From: Desulfitobacterium nosdiversum
Lineage (GTDB): Bacteria > Bacillota > Desulfitobacteriia > Desulfitobacteriales > Desulfitobacteriaceae
DNA length: 24,000 nt
Direction: 5' to 3'
Assembly (NCBI RefSeq): GCF_049860565.1
Contig: NZ_CP172056.1
Span: forward strand, 2,103,543 to 2,127,542
The notes beneath the pieces were generated by a model. It was not told the DNA's origin. It did no database searches and saw only the letters and a program-made list of their open reading frames with translations. Below, in pieces: positions 1-7,732 of this stretch. Every line of letters starts with the position of its first letter. Position 1 is the stretch's first letter. A program made the translations under genes and the position numbers.

Positions 1-2
1 TG

Positions 3-1094
3 AATGCTGAAAATTATTTTGAAGATCAGCTTACTCAAAAATTGACGGTAGAATTGACTTCTGGTTCAACAACAATTGATGCCTTTATGTTCCGTCCGCT
101 CCAAGAAGGTAAACTTTTTGCAACAAACGGTTGGCTCAATGATATCAACAGTTATGCACAGAAGGATACCGCATGGAATTTAGGAGACTTTAACAAAGGT
201 GCAATCGGCACTGTAACCATGAATCAAAAACTTTACGGTATACCGATCGTAACTGAGCGGGAGATTATGTATTATCGTAAAGATATTCTCCAAGAAAACA
301 ATATTCCTGTACCGAAAACGCTGGATGAGCTTGTTGCGGCAGCAAAAAAATTGAATAATCCTGACAAGGGAATTTACGGCTTTGTTGCTCGCGGTCAACG
401 TTCACCTGCTGTCACTCAGTTTTCAAGTTTTCTCTACAGCAATGGCGGAGATTTCGCTAAAGACGGCAAAGCTTCGATCAATACACCGGAAGCGATCAAA
501 GCTTATCAAACATATGGTGATTTGCTTCGTTCTTATGGACCTCCCGGAACTTTGAATATGGCTTGGCCGCAAGCTTTTGCAGTTTTCCAACAAGGAAAGG
601 CTGTTTTCCTCACTGATGCTGACAGTCTTTATACAAACCTAACGGATCCTAAAAAATCCACAGTATCCGATAAAGTGGGCTTTGCTCAATTCCCTGCAGG
701 CACTGCAGGCTCCAAACCTTATAATATTACGTCTTGGGCGTTAGGAATGAATGCGAAGTCGAAAAATCAAGAAGCTACATGGGAATTCATTAAATGGGCA
801 ACGAGCAAAGAACAAGTTCTTAAGATGCAGCAAGCCGGTAATCCAGGTGCGCGTGAGTCCGTTTGGAATGACCCTGAGGGGTTGAAAAACTTCCCGAAAG
901 AATATGCCGATACGGTTAAGGCTTCAATGAAAGATTCCGTTGATCATGACCGCCCGGTGGTTATCGATATCGGACCGGCTCGTGATGCTGTCGGTGGCGC
1001 AATTCAAGCTGCTATTCAAGGTCAAGATGTTACAGCCGCCGCTAATGCAGGAAATACAGCTCTGCAAGCGATTATTGATAAGGAAAAGAAATAA
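3..1094 (+). CDS. ABC transporter extracellular solute-binding protein, family 1 (CUT1 sugar/sugar-acid type); 5' end lies upstream of the window
   Basis: The frame of the listed ORF (42..1094) stays open back to nt 3 (N-A-E-N-Y-F-E-D-Q-L-T-Q-K...), so the N-terminus and signal peptide lie outside the window. The size and sequence style fit family-1 SBPs. Two MalF/MalG-type permease genes follow directly. Confidence 0.85.
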   Translation, partial: NAENYFEDQLTQKLTVELTSGSTTIDAFMFRPLQEGKLFATNGWLNDINSYAQKDTAWNLGDFNKGAIGTVTMNQKLYGIPIVTEREIMYYRKDILQENNIPVPKTLDELVAAAKKLNNPDKGIYGFVARGQRSPAVTQFSSFLYSNGGDFAKDGKASINTPEAIKAYQTYGDLLRSYGPPGTLNMAWPQAFAVFQQGKAVFLTDADSLYTNLTDPKKSTVSDKVGFAQFPAGTAGSKPYNITSWALGMNAKSKNQEATWEFIKWATSKEQVLKMQQAGNPGARESVWNDPEGLKNFPKEYADTVKASMKDSVDHDRPVVIDIGPARDAVGGAIQAAIQGQDVTAAANAGNTALQAIIDKEKK

Positions 1095-1112
1095 ACACTA
1101 TAATTTCATGAA

Positions 1113-1140
1113 CGAGCCTTCCGTTCTTGCGGAAGGCTCG
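1113..1140 (+). promoter_or_regulatory. Intercistronic stem-loop between the SBP and permease genes, with no U-tract
   Basis: CGAGCCTTCCG (1113-1123) and CGGAAGGCTCG (1130-1140) form a perfect 11-bp stem with loop TTCTTG. GCTCCTATAATG follows, so there is no T-run. This placement is typical of SBP-transcript stabilising or attenuating hairpins in ABC operons. Confidence 0.55.
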
Positions 1141-1173
1141 GCTCCTATAATGTACATAGCAAGGGGGGTCACC

Positions 1174-2052
1174 ATGTTTAGTCGTTGGCTCGAGCGAAAT
1201 ATTAAATATATTTTCCCGCTACCTGCGGTTTTGTTTGTTTTGATCATGATGGTGTTTCCAATTGCTTATACCCTCAGGTTGAGCTTTTTTGATTGGAGTA
1301 TGTCCTCTTTGGTCCCCCCGCAATGGGTTGGAATAAGCAATTATAAATCATTGCTGTTTAGTGATCCGCGATTCTGGCCATCAATTTCTCGTACCTTTGT
1401 CTTTACGATTGCGGCGGTTCTTGTGGAAACTGTACTGGGTATTATTATTGCTCTGTTCTTTAATCAAGATTTTAAAGGTAAAAATGTCCTGAAGACGCTG
1501 TTTTTGCTTCCGATGATTGCTACGCCAGTTGCAATCGGACTCGTCTGGATGCTTATTTATGAACCGAATATCGGCTTTGCTAATAAAGTTTTAAGCGTAT
1601 TTCATATTTCTCCCCAGCTTTGGCTGGCTTCGCCCAAGCAAGTTATGGCATCTCTTATTATTGTTGATGTTTGGCAATGGACTCCAATGGTTGCTTTAAT
1701 CGTCCTTGCCGGTTTAACCTCTTTGCCGACTGAGCCCTATGAAGCGGCTTTAGTCGATGGCGCGACGCGTTGGCAAATGCTCACACGGATAACGCTGCCG
1801 CTTTTAAAACCGACTATTCTGGTTGCAGTGCTCCTTCGCTCGATTGATGCGTTGAAAACCTTTGATATTATCTATTCAATGACCGGAGGAGGACCCGATT
1901 TTCATTCGGAAACCATTAATATTTATAGCTTTGTCCAAGGATTTTCCTATTTTAAACTGGGCATGACATCTGCACTTCTGATGATCTTCTTTGTTCTTGT
2001 TTTGGCAATGAGTATGATTCTGGTTTCGATTCGCAAAGGAGGAGAGGCATAA
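1174..2052 (+). CDS. ABC transporter permease (MalF/UgpA-like, BPD_transp_1)
   Basis: ATG at 1174 follows AAGGGGGG (1161-1168). The listed start at 940 lies inside the SBP gene and is rejected. The protein has multiple TM segments and an EAA-type loop, EAALVDGATRWQMLTRITLPLLKP. Confidence 0.9.
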   Translation: MFSRWLERNIKYIFPLPAVLFVLIMMVFPIAYTLRLSFFDWSMSSLVPPQWVGISNYKSLLFSDPRFWPSISRTFVFTIAAVLVETVLGIIIALFFNQDFKGKNVLKTLFLLPMIATPVAIGLVWMLIYEPNIGFANKVLSVFHISPQLWLASPKQVMASLIIVDVWQWTPMVALIVLAGLTSLPTEPYEAALVDGATRWQMLTRITLPLLKPTILVAVLLRSIDALKTFDIIYSMTGGGPDFHSETINIYSFVQGFSYFKLGMTSALLMIFFVLVLAMSMILVSIRKGGEA

Positions 2053-2873
2053 TGATGCGACAAACGAAAGATTACGCTAAATATCTCCAGCGGTTGCTTC
2101 TGGTCGCTGTCGTATTAGCATTTTTGTTTCCATTCTTTTGGATGCTTTTAGCCTCCTTCAAAACGCAGCAGCAAATTATGTCTACGCAAAATGTGCTCGT
2201 TTTTTCACCCACCTTTCAGAACTATGCCGATGTTTTTGAACAATATGATTTTCTTAAGTTTATCATGAACAGCTTTATTATTGCTGTAGGCTCTACGCTC
2301 CTCTCCCTGGTTCTAGGACTGCCTGCAGCCTATTCAATTGCACGTTATCATCAAAATAAGCTCGGGTTAACAATTTTAGTTGCTCGGATTGTACCGGGGA
2401 TAACCTTTTTAATTCCTTGGTATATTCTTTTTACAAAGCTTCACCTTGTGGACAGTTACACATCGATGATCTTAAGCCATATGCTCGTTGGCTTACCGTA
2501 TATTGTTTGGATTATGGTTCCATACTTTGAAAATATTCCGATAGAACTTGAAGAATCAGCACGAGTCGACGGCTGTACCATCCAAGAGGCTTTCTTTAGG
2601 ATTGTTCTCCCGATATCCGGGCCTGGAATTATTACGGCCTCCATTTTCTCCTTCGTTTTTTCCTGGAATAACTTTATGTTTTCTTTGGTCTTATCAGGGG
2701 ATAAGACGAAAACACTGCCTATTGCCGTATATTCTTTCCTCTCCTATTCTGAGATTAACTGGGGCGGCTTAATGGCTGCAGCAGTTGTTATTACTCTTCC
2801 TGTTCTGATTCTTGCCCTCCTGTCTCAAAAATATATTATCAATGGCTTGACAGCAGGAGCTGTAAAAGGCTAA
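2052..2873 (+). CDS. ABC transporter permease (MalG/UgpE-like, BPD_transp_1)
   Basis: The ATG overlaps the upstream TAA by 1 nt (TAATG). RBS AAGGAGGAG lies at 2037-2045. EAA-type loop EESARVDGCTIQEAFFRIVLPISGPG. Six predicted TM segments. Confidence 0.9.
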   Translation: MMRQTKDYAKYLQRLLLVAVVLAFLFPFFWMLLASFKTQQQIMSTQNVLVFSPTFQNYADVFEQYDFLKFIMNSFIIAVGSTLLSLVLGLPAAYSIARYHQNKLGLTILVARIVPGITFLIPWYILFTKLHLVDSYTSMILSHMLVGLPYIVWIMVPYFENIPIELEESARVDGCTIQEAFFRIVLPISGPGIITASIFSFVFSWNNFMFSLVLSGDKTKTLPIAVYSFLSYSEINWGGLMAAAVVITLPVLILALLSQKYIINGLTAGAVKG

Positions 2874-2887
2874 AAGGAGGATGGGAT

Positions 2888-3514
2888 ATGTTTAAAGAAC
2901 GCCTTTGGCAAAATGGTGTGCTCGCTATTTTGCGCGGATTCAGTGAAACTGAGGCAATTGATGCTGCACAGGCCTTGCTCGAAGGAGGGGTCAGCGCTAT
3001 TGAGGTCACATCGGACTCTCCTGGAGCGTGGAATATAATTGAAACCTTAAAGAAACAGAATACGCATATTGTCGTTGGTGCCGGTACTGTTCTCGATACG
3101 GAAACAGCTCGTCAAGCCATTGAAGTGGGTGCAGACTTCTTATTTTCCCCTATCTTCTTTCCGGAAATGATGCAAATTGCTCATCGGTATGGCCGATTGG
3201 CTATTCCAGGTGCGATGACGCCTACGGAAGTCATGCAGGCTCTTGAAGCAGGGGCGGATATTGTTAAGTTATTTCCGGCAGGGTCACTTGGAGTTAACTA
3301 TTTAAAAGAACTTAGAGGTCCATTTTCATACATCCCGTTCCTTCCTACGGGCGGGATAACCCTTGATAATGCGCCTGATTTTATTCGAGCAGGTGCAGTT
3401 GGGGTCGGCATGGGGAGTGCTTTAGTCAACAAAGGATGGGTAAAAGAAAAGAAATTTGCCCAGCTTACCAATCAAGCGAAAGAACTCCAAAAGCTTATCC
3501 ATCAAACCCTTTAA
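2888..3514 (+). CDS. eda: 2-dehydro-3-deoxyphosphogluconate / 4-hydroxy-2-oxoglutarate aldolase (KDPG/KHG aldolase family)
   Basis: 208 aa. RBS AAAGGAGGA lies at 2873-2881. Family-typical stretches include ILRG...AIDAAQALLEGGVSAIEVT, VGAGTVLD, VKLFPA and PTGGI. Confidence 0.8.
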   Translation: MFKERLWQNGVLAILRGFSETEAIDAAQALLEGGVSAIEVTSDSPGAWNIIETLKKQNTHIVVGAGTVLDTETARQAIEVGADFLFSPIFFPEMMQIAHRYGRLAIPGAMTPTEVMQALEAGADIVKLFPAGSLGVNYLKELRGPFSYIPFLPTGGITLDNAPDFIRAGAVGVGMGSALVNKGWVKEKKFAQLTNQAKELQKLIHQTL

Positions 3515-3594
3515 CGAATCACGAAACAGCATAGAAGCAAAAAGTGATATCTGCTTTTATAAATGCAATACCTGATCTAAGGGGATGAACTGGT

Positions 3595-4872
3595 TTGGGA
3601 ATCTATGCAGAAATACTTAAGGATGTATCCTTACCGAAAATGTCACAAGTTAAGCAAAGCTTTCCTGATGACAGGATTCAGGATATTCCTATGGCGATTC
3701 ATAAGGCTCTTCAGCGTCCTGGAACGCTCGATCAAATTCAGCCTGGGCAAAAAGTGGCTCTCACCGTAGGAAGCAGGGGAGTAAATAATCTTCCAGCTCT
3801 TGTTCAAGCGATGGTTTGGGAAATAAAATCGCGCGGGGCTGAGGTTTTCATTATTCCAGCTATGGGAAGTCATGGCGGTGCGACGCCTGAGGGACAGAAA
3901 GATATGCTGTTGGGCTTAGGGATTCGACCTGAAATTATGGGCGCTGAAATCGTTTCAAGCATGGAGGTTACTCAGGTTGGAACCCTTCCGGATGGGCTTC
4001 CCGTCTATGTCAGTACGGATGCTTTGAAGGCAGATGCTATCGTTTTATTAAATCGAATAAAACCGCATACAGCGTTTCGCGGGAAAGTTGAAAGCGGCTT
4101 AGTTAAAATGTTAACGATTGGCCTAGGCAAGCAAAAAGGTGCGGAAGCGTGTCATGCCCATAGCTTTAAACATATGGCACGGCATATTGTTGAAATGGGC
4201 AGTATGCTTCTCGAAAAAGCTCCCGTCGTTTTTGGACTCGGAGCTGTAGAAAATGCCTATGATCATACGCATTCAATTTTTGCTATCCCTGCAGAGAGGC
4301 TGCTTGAAGAAGAGCCAGAGTGGCTTAATTTAGCTAAACAACTGATGCCCAGTATCCCTGTTTCCTCAATTGATGTTCTCATTATTGATGAGATAGGAAA
4401 GGATATCAGCGGGGACGGGATGGATCCTAATATTACCGGGCGGTACCCGACACCCTATGCCAGCGGGGGACCGGAAGTCAGCAAAATGGTTCTGCTTGAC
4501 CTTACGGAGCGGAGCCATGGAAATGCGAACGGTATTGGGACTGCGGATATTGTATCGAAGCGTTTAGTGGAGAAAATGAGCCTCGAACAAACCTATCCGA
4601 ATGCGTTGACGTCAACTGTTACAGGTCCAGTGAAAATTCCTTTGACCTTGGATAATGATTATGACGTTATTCGTGCAGCAATAAAAACGTGTAATGCCAT
4701 TGATCTCTATAAAACGCGGATCGTCCGCCTTAAAAATACGCTCAGTTTAAGTGAAATCTGGGTTTCAGAAGCAATTGCCAAGGAAATGGCTGTTCAAAGC
4801 ATTCCTGTGGAGATCGGAGAGCTGCAGGATTGGAAATTTGATGAGCAAAAAAATTTTAGTTTAGAGCATTGA
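3595..4872 (+). CDS. DUF2088 / LarA-N-terminal-like domain protein (possible nickel-pincer-type hydroxyacid racemase/epimerase; function unproven)
   Basis: 425 aa. TTG start at 3595 sits 7 nt after AAGGGGA (3581-3587). By eye, IIPAMGSHGGATPEGQ and NRIKPHTAFRGKVESGLVKM line up with the LarA regions ATGFHR and ESHFFAGFSGGRKS. The coding call is strong. The family and function assignment is only moderate. Confidence 0.6.
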   Translation: MGIYAEILKDVSLPKMSQVKQSFPDDRIQDIPMAIHKALQRPGTLDQIQPGQKVALTVGSRGVNNLPALVQAMVWEIKSRGAEVFIIPAMGSHGGATPEGQKDMLLGLGIRPEIMGAEIVSSMEVTQVGTLPDGLPVYVSTDALKADAIVLLNRIKPHTAFRGKVESGLVKMLTIGLGKQKGAEACHAHSFKHMARHIVEMGSMLLEKAPVVFGLGAVENAYDHTHSIFAIPAERLLEEEPEWLNLAKQLMPSIPVSSIDVLIIDEIGKDISGDGMDPNITGRYPTPYASGGPEVSKMVLLDLTERSHGNANGIGTADIVSKRLVEKMSLEQTYPNALTSTVTGPVKIPLTLDNDYDVIRAAIKTCNAIDLYKTRIVRLKNTLSLSEIWVSEAIAKEMAVQSIPVEIGELQDWKFDEQKNFSLEH

Positions 4873-4889
4873 CAAGGAAGTGAGTAGTT

Positions 4890-5810
4890 ATGAACACGTG
4901 TTCCTATGGGATGATCGGACTGGGAAAAATGGGAGCGTTAGCGGCTGAAAACGTTCTCTCTAAAGGGGTAAAGGTTGCCGTCTATGATATGAATTCAGAA
5001 CAAGTGCAAAGACTGGAAAAGTTAGGCGCTATAGGATGCCATAATTTGCAGGAAATGATTGAAGTACTCCCTAAACCGCGAATTCTTTGGCTTATGGTTC
5101 CGGCAGGAGAAGCGGTAGAACAGGTACTTTTTAGTAAAGATGGCTTAAGTTCTTTACTGAGTGCTGGAGATATTGTGATTGACGGTGGAAATTCTTTTTA
5201 CCGTGATTCCGCTCGCAGAGCTCAAAAATTAGCAGATCAAGGTATCAAATATCTGGATTCCGGCTCCAGCGGAGGTCAGGCAGGGGCACGCAACGGATTA
5301 TGTCTGATGATCGGCGGAGATAAAGAAAGCTTTGACCAGGCCGAAGGGCTGTTTAAAGCTTTAACGGAAGGGATCGGAGATTATCTTTATGTCGGAGAAA
5401 GTGGTTCCGGCCACTTTACGAAAATGGTTCATAACGCGATTGAATATGGGATGCTCCAAGCCATTGGTGAGGGCTTCGAGTTGCTCTATGAAGGTCCTTA
5501 TGAGTTAGACTTAGAAAAAATTGCTCACCTCTGGACTCAAGGAAGCATCATCCGCAGTTATTTAATGGAACTTATGGAACGCTCCTTCTCAAAAGATGCA
5601 GATCTGCATCAGATTACCGGTGAAGTAGGCGGCGGGAGTACCGGCAGCTGGGCGATCGAAGAAGCCTGGAAACTTGGAGTCCCCTTCGAGACAATTGCGA
5701 CTTCCTATGCAGCACGTTTGCGTTCACGTCAGGACGATACCTTTGCAGGTAAAGTCGTTGCCGCTTTGCGCAATGAATTCGGAGGCCATGCAGTAGTTGG
5801 AAAAGAATAA
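4890..5810 (+). CDS. gnd: Short-form 6-phosphogluconate dehydrogenase (decarboxylating)-like protein (YqeC/GntZ-like)
   Basis: 306 aa. N-terminal Rossmann motif GMIGLGKMG. Also GGNSFYRDSARRAQKLADQGIKYLDSGSSGGQAGARNGLCLMIGG and HFTKMVHNAIEYG, typical of 6PGDH-family proteins. RBS AAGGAAG lies at 4875-4881. Confidence 0.8.
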   Translation: MNTCSYGMIGLGKMGALAAENVLSKGVKVAVYDMNSEQVQRLEKLGAIGCHNLQEMIEVLPKPRILWLMVPAGEAVEQVLFSKDGLSSLLSAGDIVIDGGNSFYRDSARRAQKLADQGIKYLDSGSSGGQAGARNGLCLMIGGDKESFDQAEGLFKALTEGIGDYLYVGESGSGHFTKMVHNAIEYGMLQAIGEGFELLYEGPYELDLEKIAHLWTQGSIIRSYLMELMERSFSKDADLHQITGEVGGGSTGSWAIEEAWKLGVPFETIATSYAARLRSRQDDTFAGKVVAALRNEFGGHAVVGKE

Positions 5811-6050
5811 GACTCTTGGGTCGTGTAGCTTCTCGCACATCCGTACCTTCGGGCGTGAATCTCCACTGGAGACTCACGTACTTAGCAGCTTCGGGGCTGG
5901 CACACTAGCTTCTGTGGGGGCTTCGCCAAACCTAAGGGTAATACCTGAAGTGAACCATCGGCTTCGCTAACCCATAGAAGCATTGTGTGCCGAAGCGCCC
6001 CTTCGCTAAATCGTTCACTTTTGTGCGAGAGGCTACGCTATTCAGTCTTA
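5808..6050 (+). repeat. 243-bp imperfect palindrome (rod-like nested inverted repeats) beginning on the gnd-like stop codon
   Basis: Pairings read directly: TAAGACT 5808-5814 with AGTCTTA 6044-6050. GTAGCTTCTCGCACA 5825-5839 with TGTGCGAGAGGCTAC 6022-6036 (15 positions, one T:G). GGCACAC 5899-5905 with GTGTGCC 5985-5991. GCTTCTGTGGG 5908-5918 with CCCATAGAAGC 5971-5981 (11 positions, one G:T). The pentamer CTTCG occurs 5 times, plus CGAAG once. Confidence 0.85.
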
Positions 6051-6137
6051 AAATATTCCAGTTTGAAGCTTACAAGAACGAAACAAACAATTTGCGTAAG
6101 ACTTCAGCAAGAATGTACTTTCGAAATTTTGCTTAAT

Positions 6138-6166
6138 AGAAGATGCCTAATGGCATCTTTTCTAAT
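6138..6166 (+). terminator. Candidate weak intrinsic terminator between the palindromic element and gntK
   Basis: AAGATGCC (6140-6147), loop TAAT, GGCATCTT (6152-6159), followed by TTCTAATAAA. The stem is 8 bp and the T-tract is short and interrupted. Confidence 0.45.
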
Positions 6167-6247
6167 AAATAACCAAAAGTAAAAAACATCTTCAAACGTG
6201 CAGAGAAAGTCTTTTTTCAAATAAGACTAAGATAGGAGATCAGAGCT

Positions 6248-7732
6248 ATGGCATTAAAAGAGGCATCACTCGGAGTGGATATCGGAACAACGGGCTGCCG
6301 GAGTGTTGTTTATTCAGATGAAGCCAGGATGATTACTCATTCCGAAAAGCTTTATTCCACATATTCTCCAAAACCGAGCTGGGCAGAGCAAGACCCGGAG
6401 GAGGTTATCACACGGGTAGAAGAGTCTATTCGGGAAGCAGTAATTGAGGCCAGAAATCTTGGCTATGAAGTCACCATGATCAGCTTCAGCGCGGTAAATC
6501 ATGGTGTTATTCCTATGAACGCCGGTAAACCCATCGGTCCCTGCATTATCTGGGCGGATAATCGCAGTACCGAAATTACGGAAAAATGGAAACAGGAAGG
6601 GCTGGGGGAAACGTTTTATCAGCAAACGGGTTGCCCGCTGCATCCGATGTATGTTCCAGGTAAGCTCAGCTGGCTTTCAAAATACCAAACGGAAATTTTT
6701 AAAAGGGCGGACCATTTTATTTCACTTAAGGAACTCTTATTTCTTCGATGGTTTGGCCAGTATATAATTGATGCTTCAATTGCAAGCAGTTCAGGCCTTT
6801 TTAATATTCATCGCTTTGATTGGTCTGAAGAGATTTTAGAACGAGTTCAAGTTAAGACAAGTCAGCTCTCAGAAATTGTTCCGACAACACAGGTTTTTCT
6901 TCTAAAAAATCCTGAAATCTATCAACGGTTGGGTTTAAGAAAGGGAACTCAAGTTGTTATTGGAGCAGGAGACGGAGTTCTATCGAGCTTAGGTGCTGGG
7001 GCGATTGAACCTGGGGAAGTAACGGTTATGATCGGGACAAGCGGTGCTGCTCGGATTACAGTAGATAAACCTTGCAATGACCGAAAGGGAAGAACCTGGT
7101 GCTATTATCTGATGCCAGGGGCTTGGGTCGTAGGTGCAGCAATCAATAACGCAGGGCTTACTTTACAATGGGTAAGGCAAAAATGGTTGAATGGAGCAAG
7201 CTTTGAAGAGATTGAACGTTTGGCTTCGGAGATTCCTGCCGGAGCTGAGGGACTCTACTTACTCCCCTTTCTAACGGGTGAGCGGTCACCCAATTGGAAT
7301 CCGAATGTAAGAGCAGCTCTTTATGGACTCGATTTTGCCCATAGCTCAGGACATTTTGCACGTTCAGCGATGGAAGGGGTAGCCTATCGAATTCGAAGCG
7401 TTTTTGAGCCGATAGCAGAGATGGCAGGAGAAATACGGTCTATTCGTATCGGAGGAGGTTTTATGGCTTCTCCAACTTGGGTAAACATTTTGACGAATGT
7501 TCTCAATAGTCCGCTGGAAGCTTTAGCCGAACCCCAAGGCTCGGCTTATGGAGCAGTCCTTCTCGGATGGATTGCCTTAGGTAAACTAAAAGACCTCCGC
7601 GAAAGCAAACGCTTTTCGAAAATCAACCGGGTCATTCAGCCCGACCCAAAAGAAGCGGAATTTTATCAGCATTGCTATCAAAAATATCAGGAGCTTTATG
7701 AACGAATTTGCGCTGATACTAAGTTGCCTTAA
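6248..7732 (+). CDS. gntK: Gluconokinase (FGGY carbohydrate kinase family)
   Basis: 494 aa. N-terminal FGGY signature LGVDIGTTGCRSVVY, and a C-terminal FGGY domain containing GGGFMASPTWVNILTNVL. RBS TAGGAG lies at 6232-6237. The last four codons and the stop fall inside the repeat at 7716-7915. Confidence 0.85.
   Translation: MALKEASLGVDIGTTGCRSVVYSDEARMITHSEKLYSTYSPKPSWAEQDPEEVITRVEESIREAVIEARNLGYEVTMISFSAVNHGVIPMNAGKPIGPCIIWADNRSTEITEKWKQEGLGETFYQQTGCPLHPMYVPGKLSWLSKYQTEIFKRADHFISLKELLFLRWFGQYIIDASIASSSGLFNIHRFDWSEEILERVQVKTSQLSEIVPTTQVFLLKNPEIYQRLGLRKGTQVVIGAGDGVLSSLGAGAIEPGEVTVMIGTSGAARITVDKPCNDRKGRTWCYYLMPGAWVVGAAINNAGLTLQWVRQKWLNGASFEEIERLASEIPAGAEGLYLLPFLTGERSPNWNPNVRAALYGLDFAHSSGHFARSAMEGVAYRIRSVFEPIAEMAGEIRSIRIGGGFMASPTWVNILTNVLNSPLEALAEPQGSAYGAVLLGWIALGKLKDLRESKRFSKINRVIQPDPKEAEFYQHCYQKYQELYERICADTKLP

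Noticed and set aside
940-1173. N-terminal extension of the first permease ORF as listed (start 940).
   Set aside because: It overlaps the 3' end of the SBP gene in another frame and its sequence looks non-protein-like. ATG 1174 has a proper RBS and yields a normal MalF-type N-terminus.
4090-4103. cre-like (CcpA) site TGAAAGCGGCTTAG inside the DUF2088 gene, and a TGAAGCTTACA motif near 6063.
   Set aside because: Both deviate from TGWAANCGNTNWCA at several core positions, and the first is intragenic. They do not rise above chance.
5614-6182. ORFs 5614-5877 (minus strand) and 5985-6182 (plus strand) crossing the palindromic element.
   Set aside because: They have no RBS. Both are Arg/Leu/Ser-rich translations of a GC-rich palindrome. 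The 5614 ORF mostly overlaps the gnd-like gene in antisense. A non-coding structured element explains the region better.
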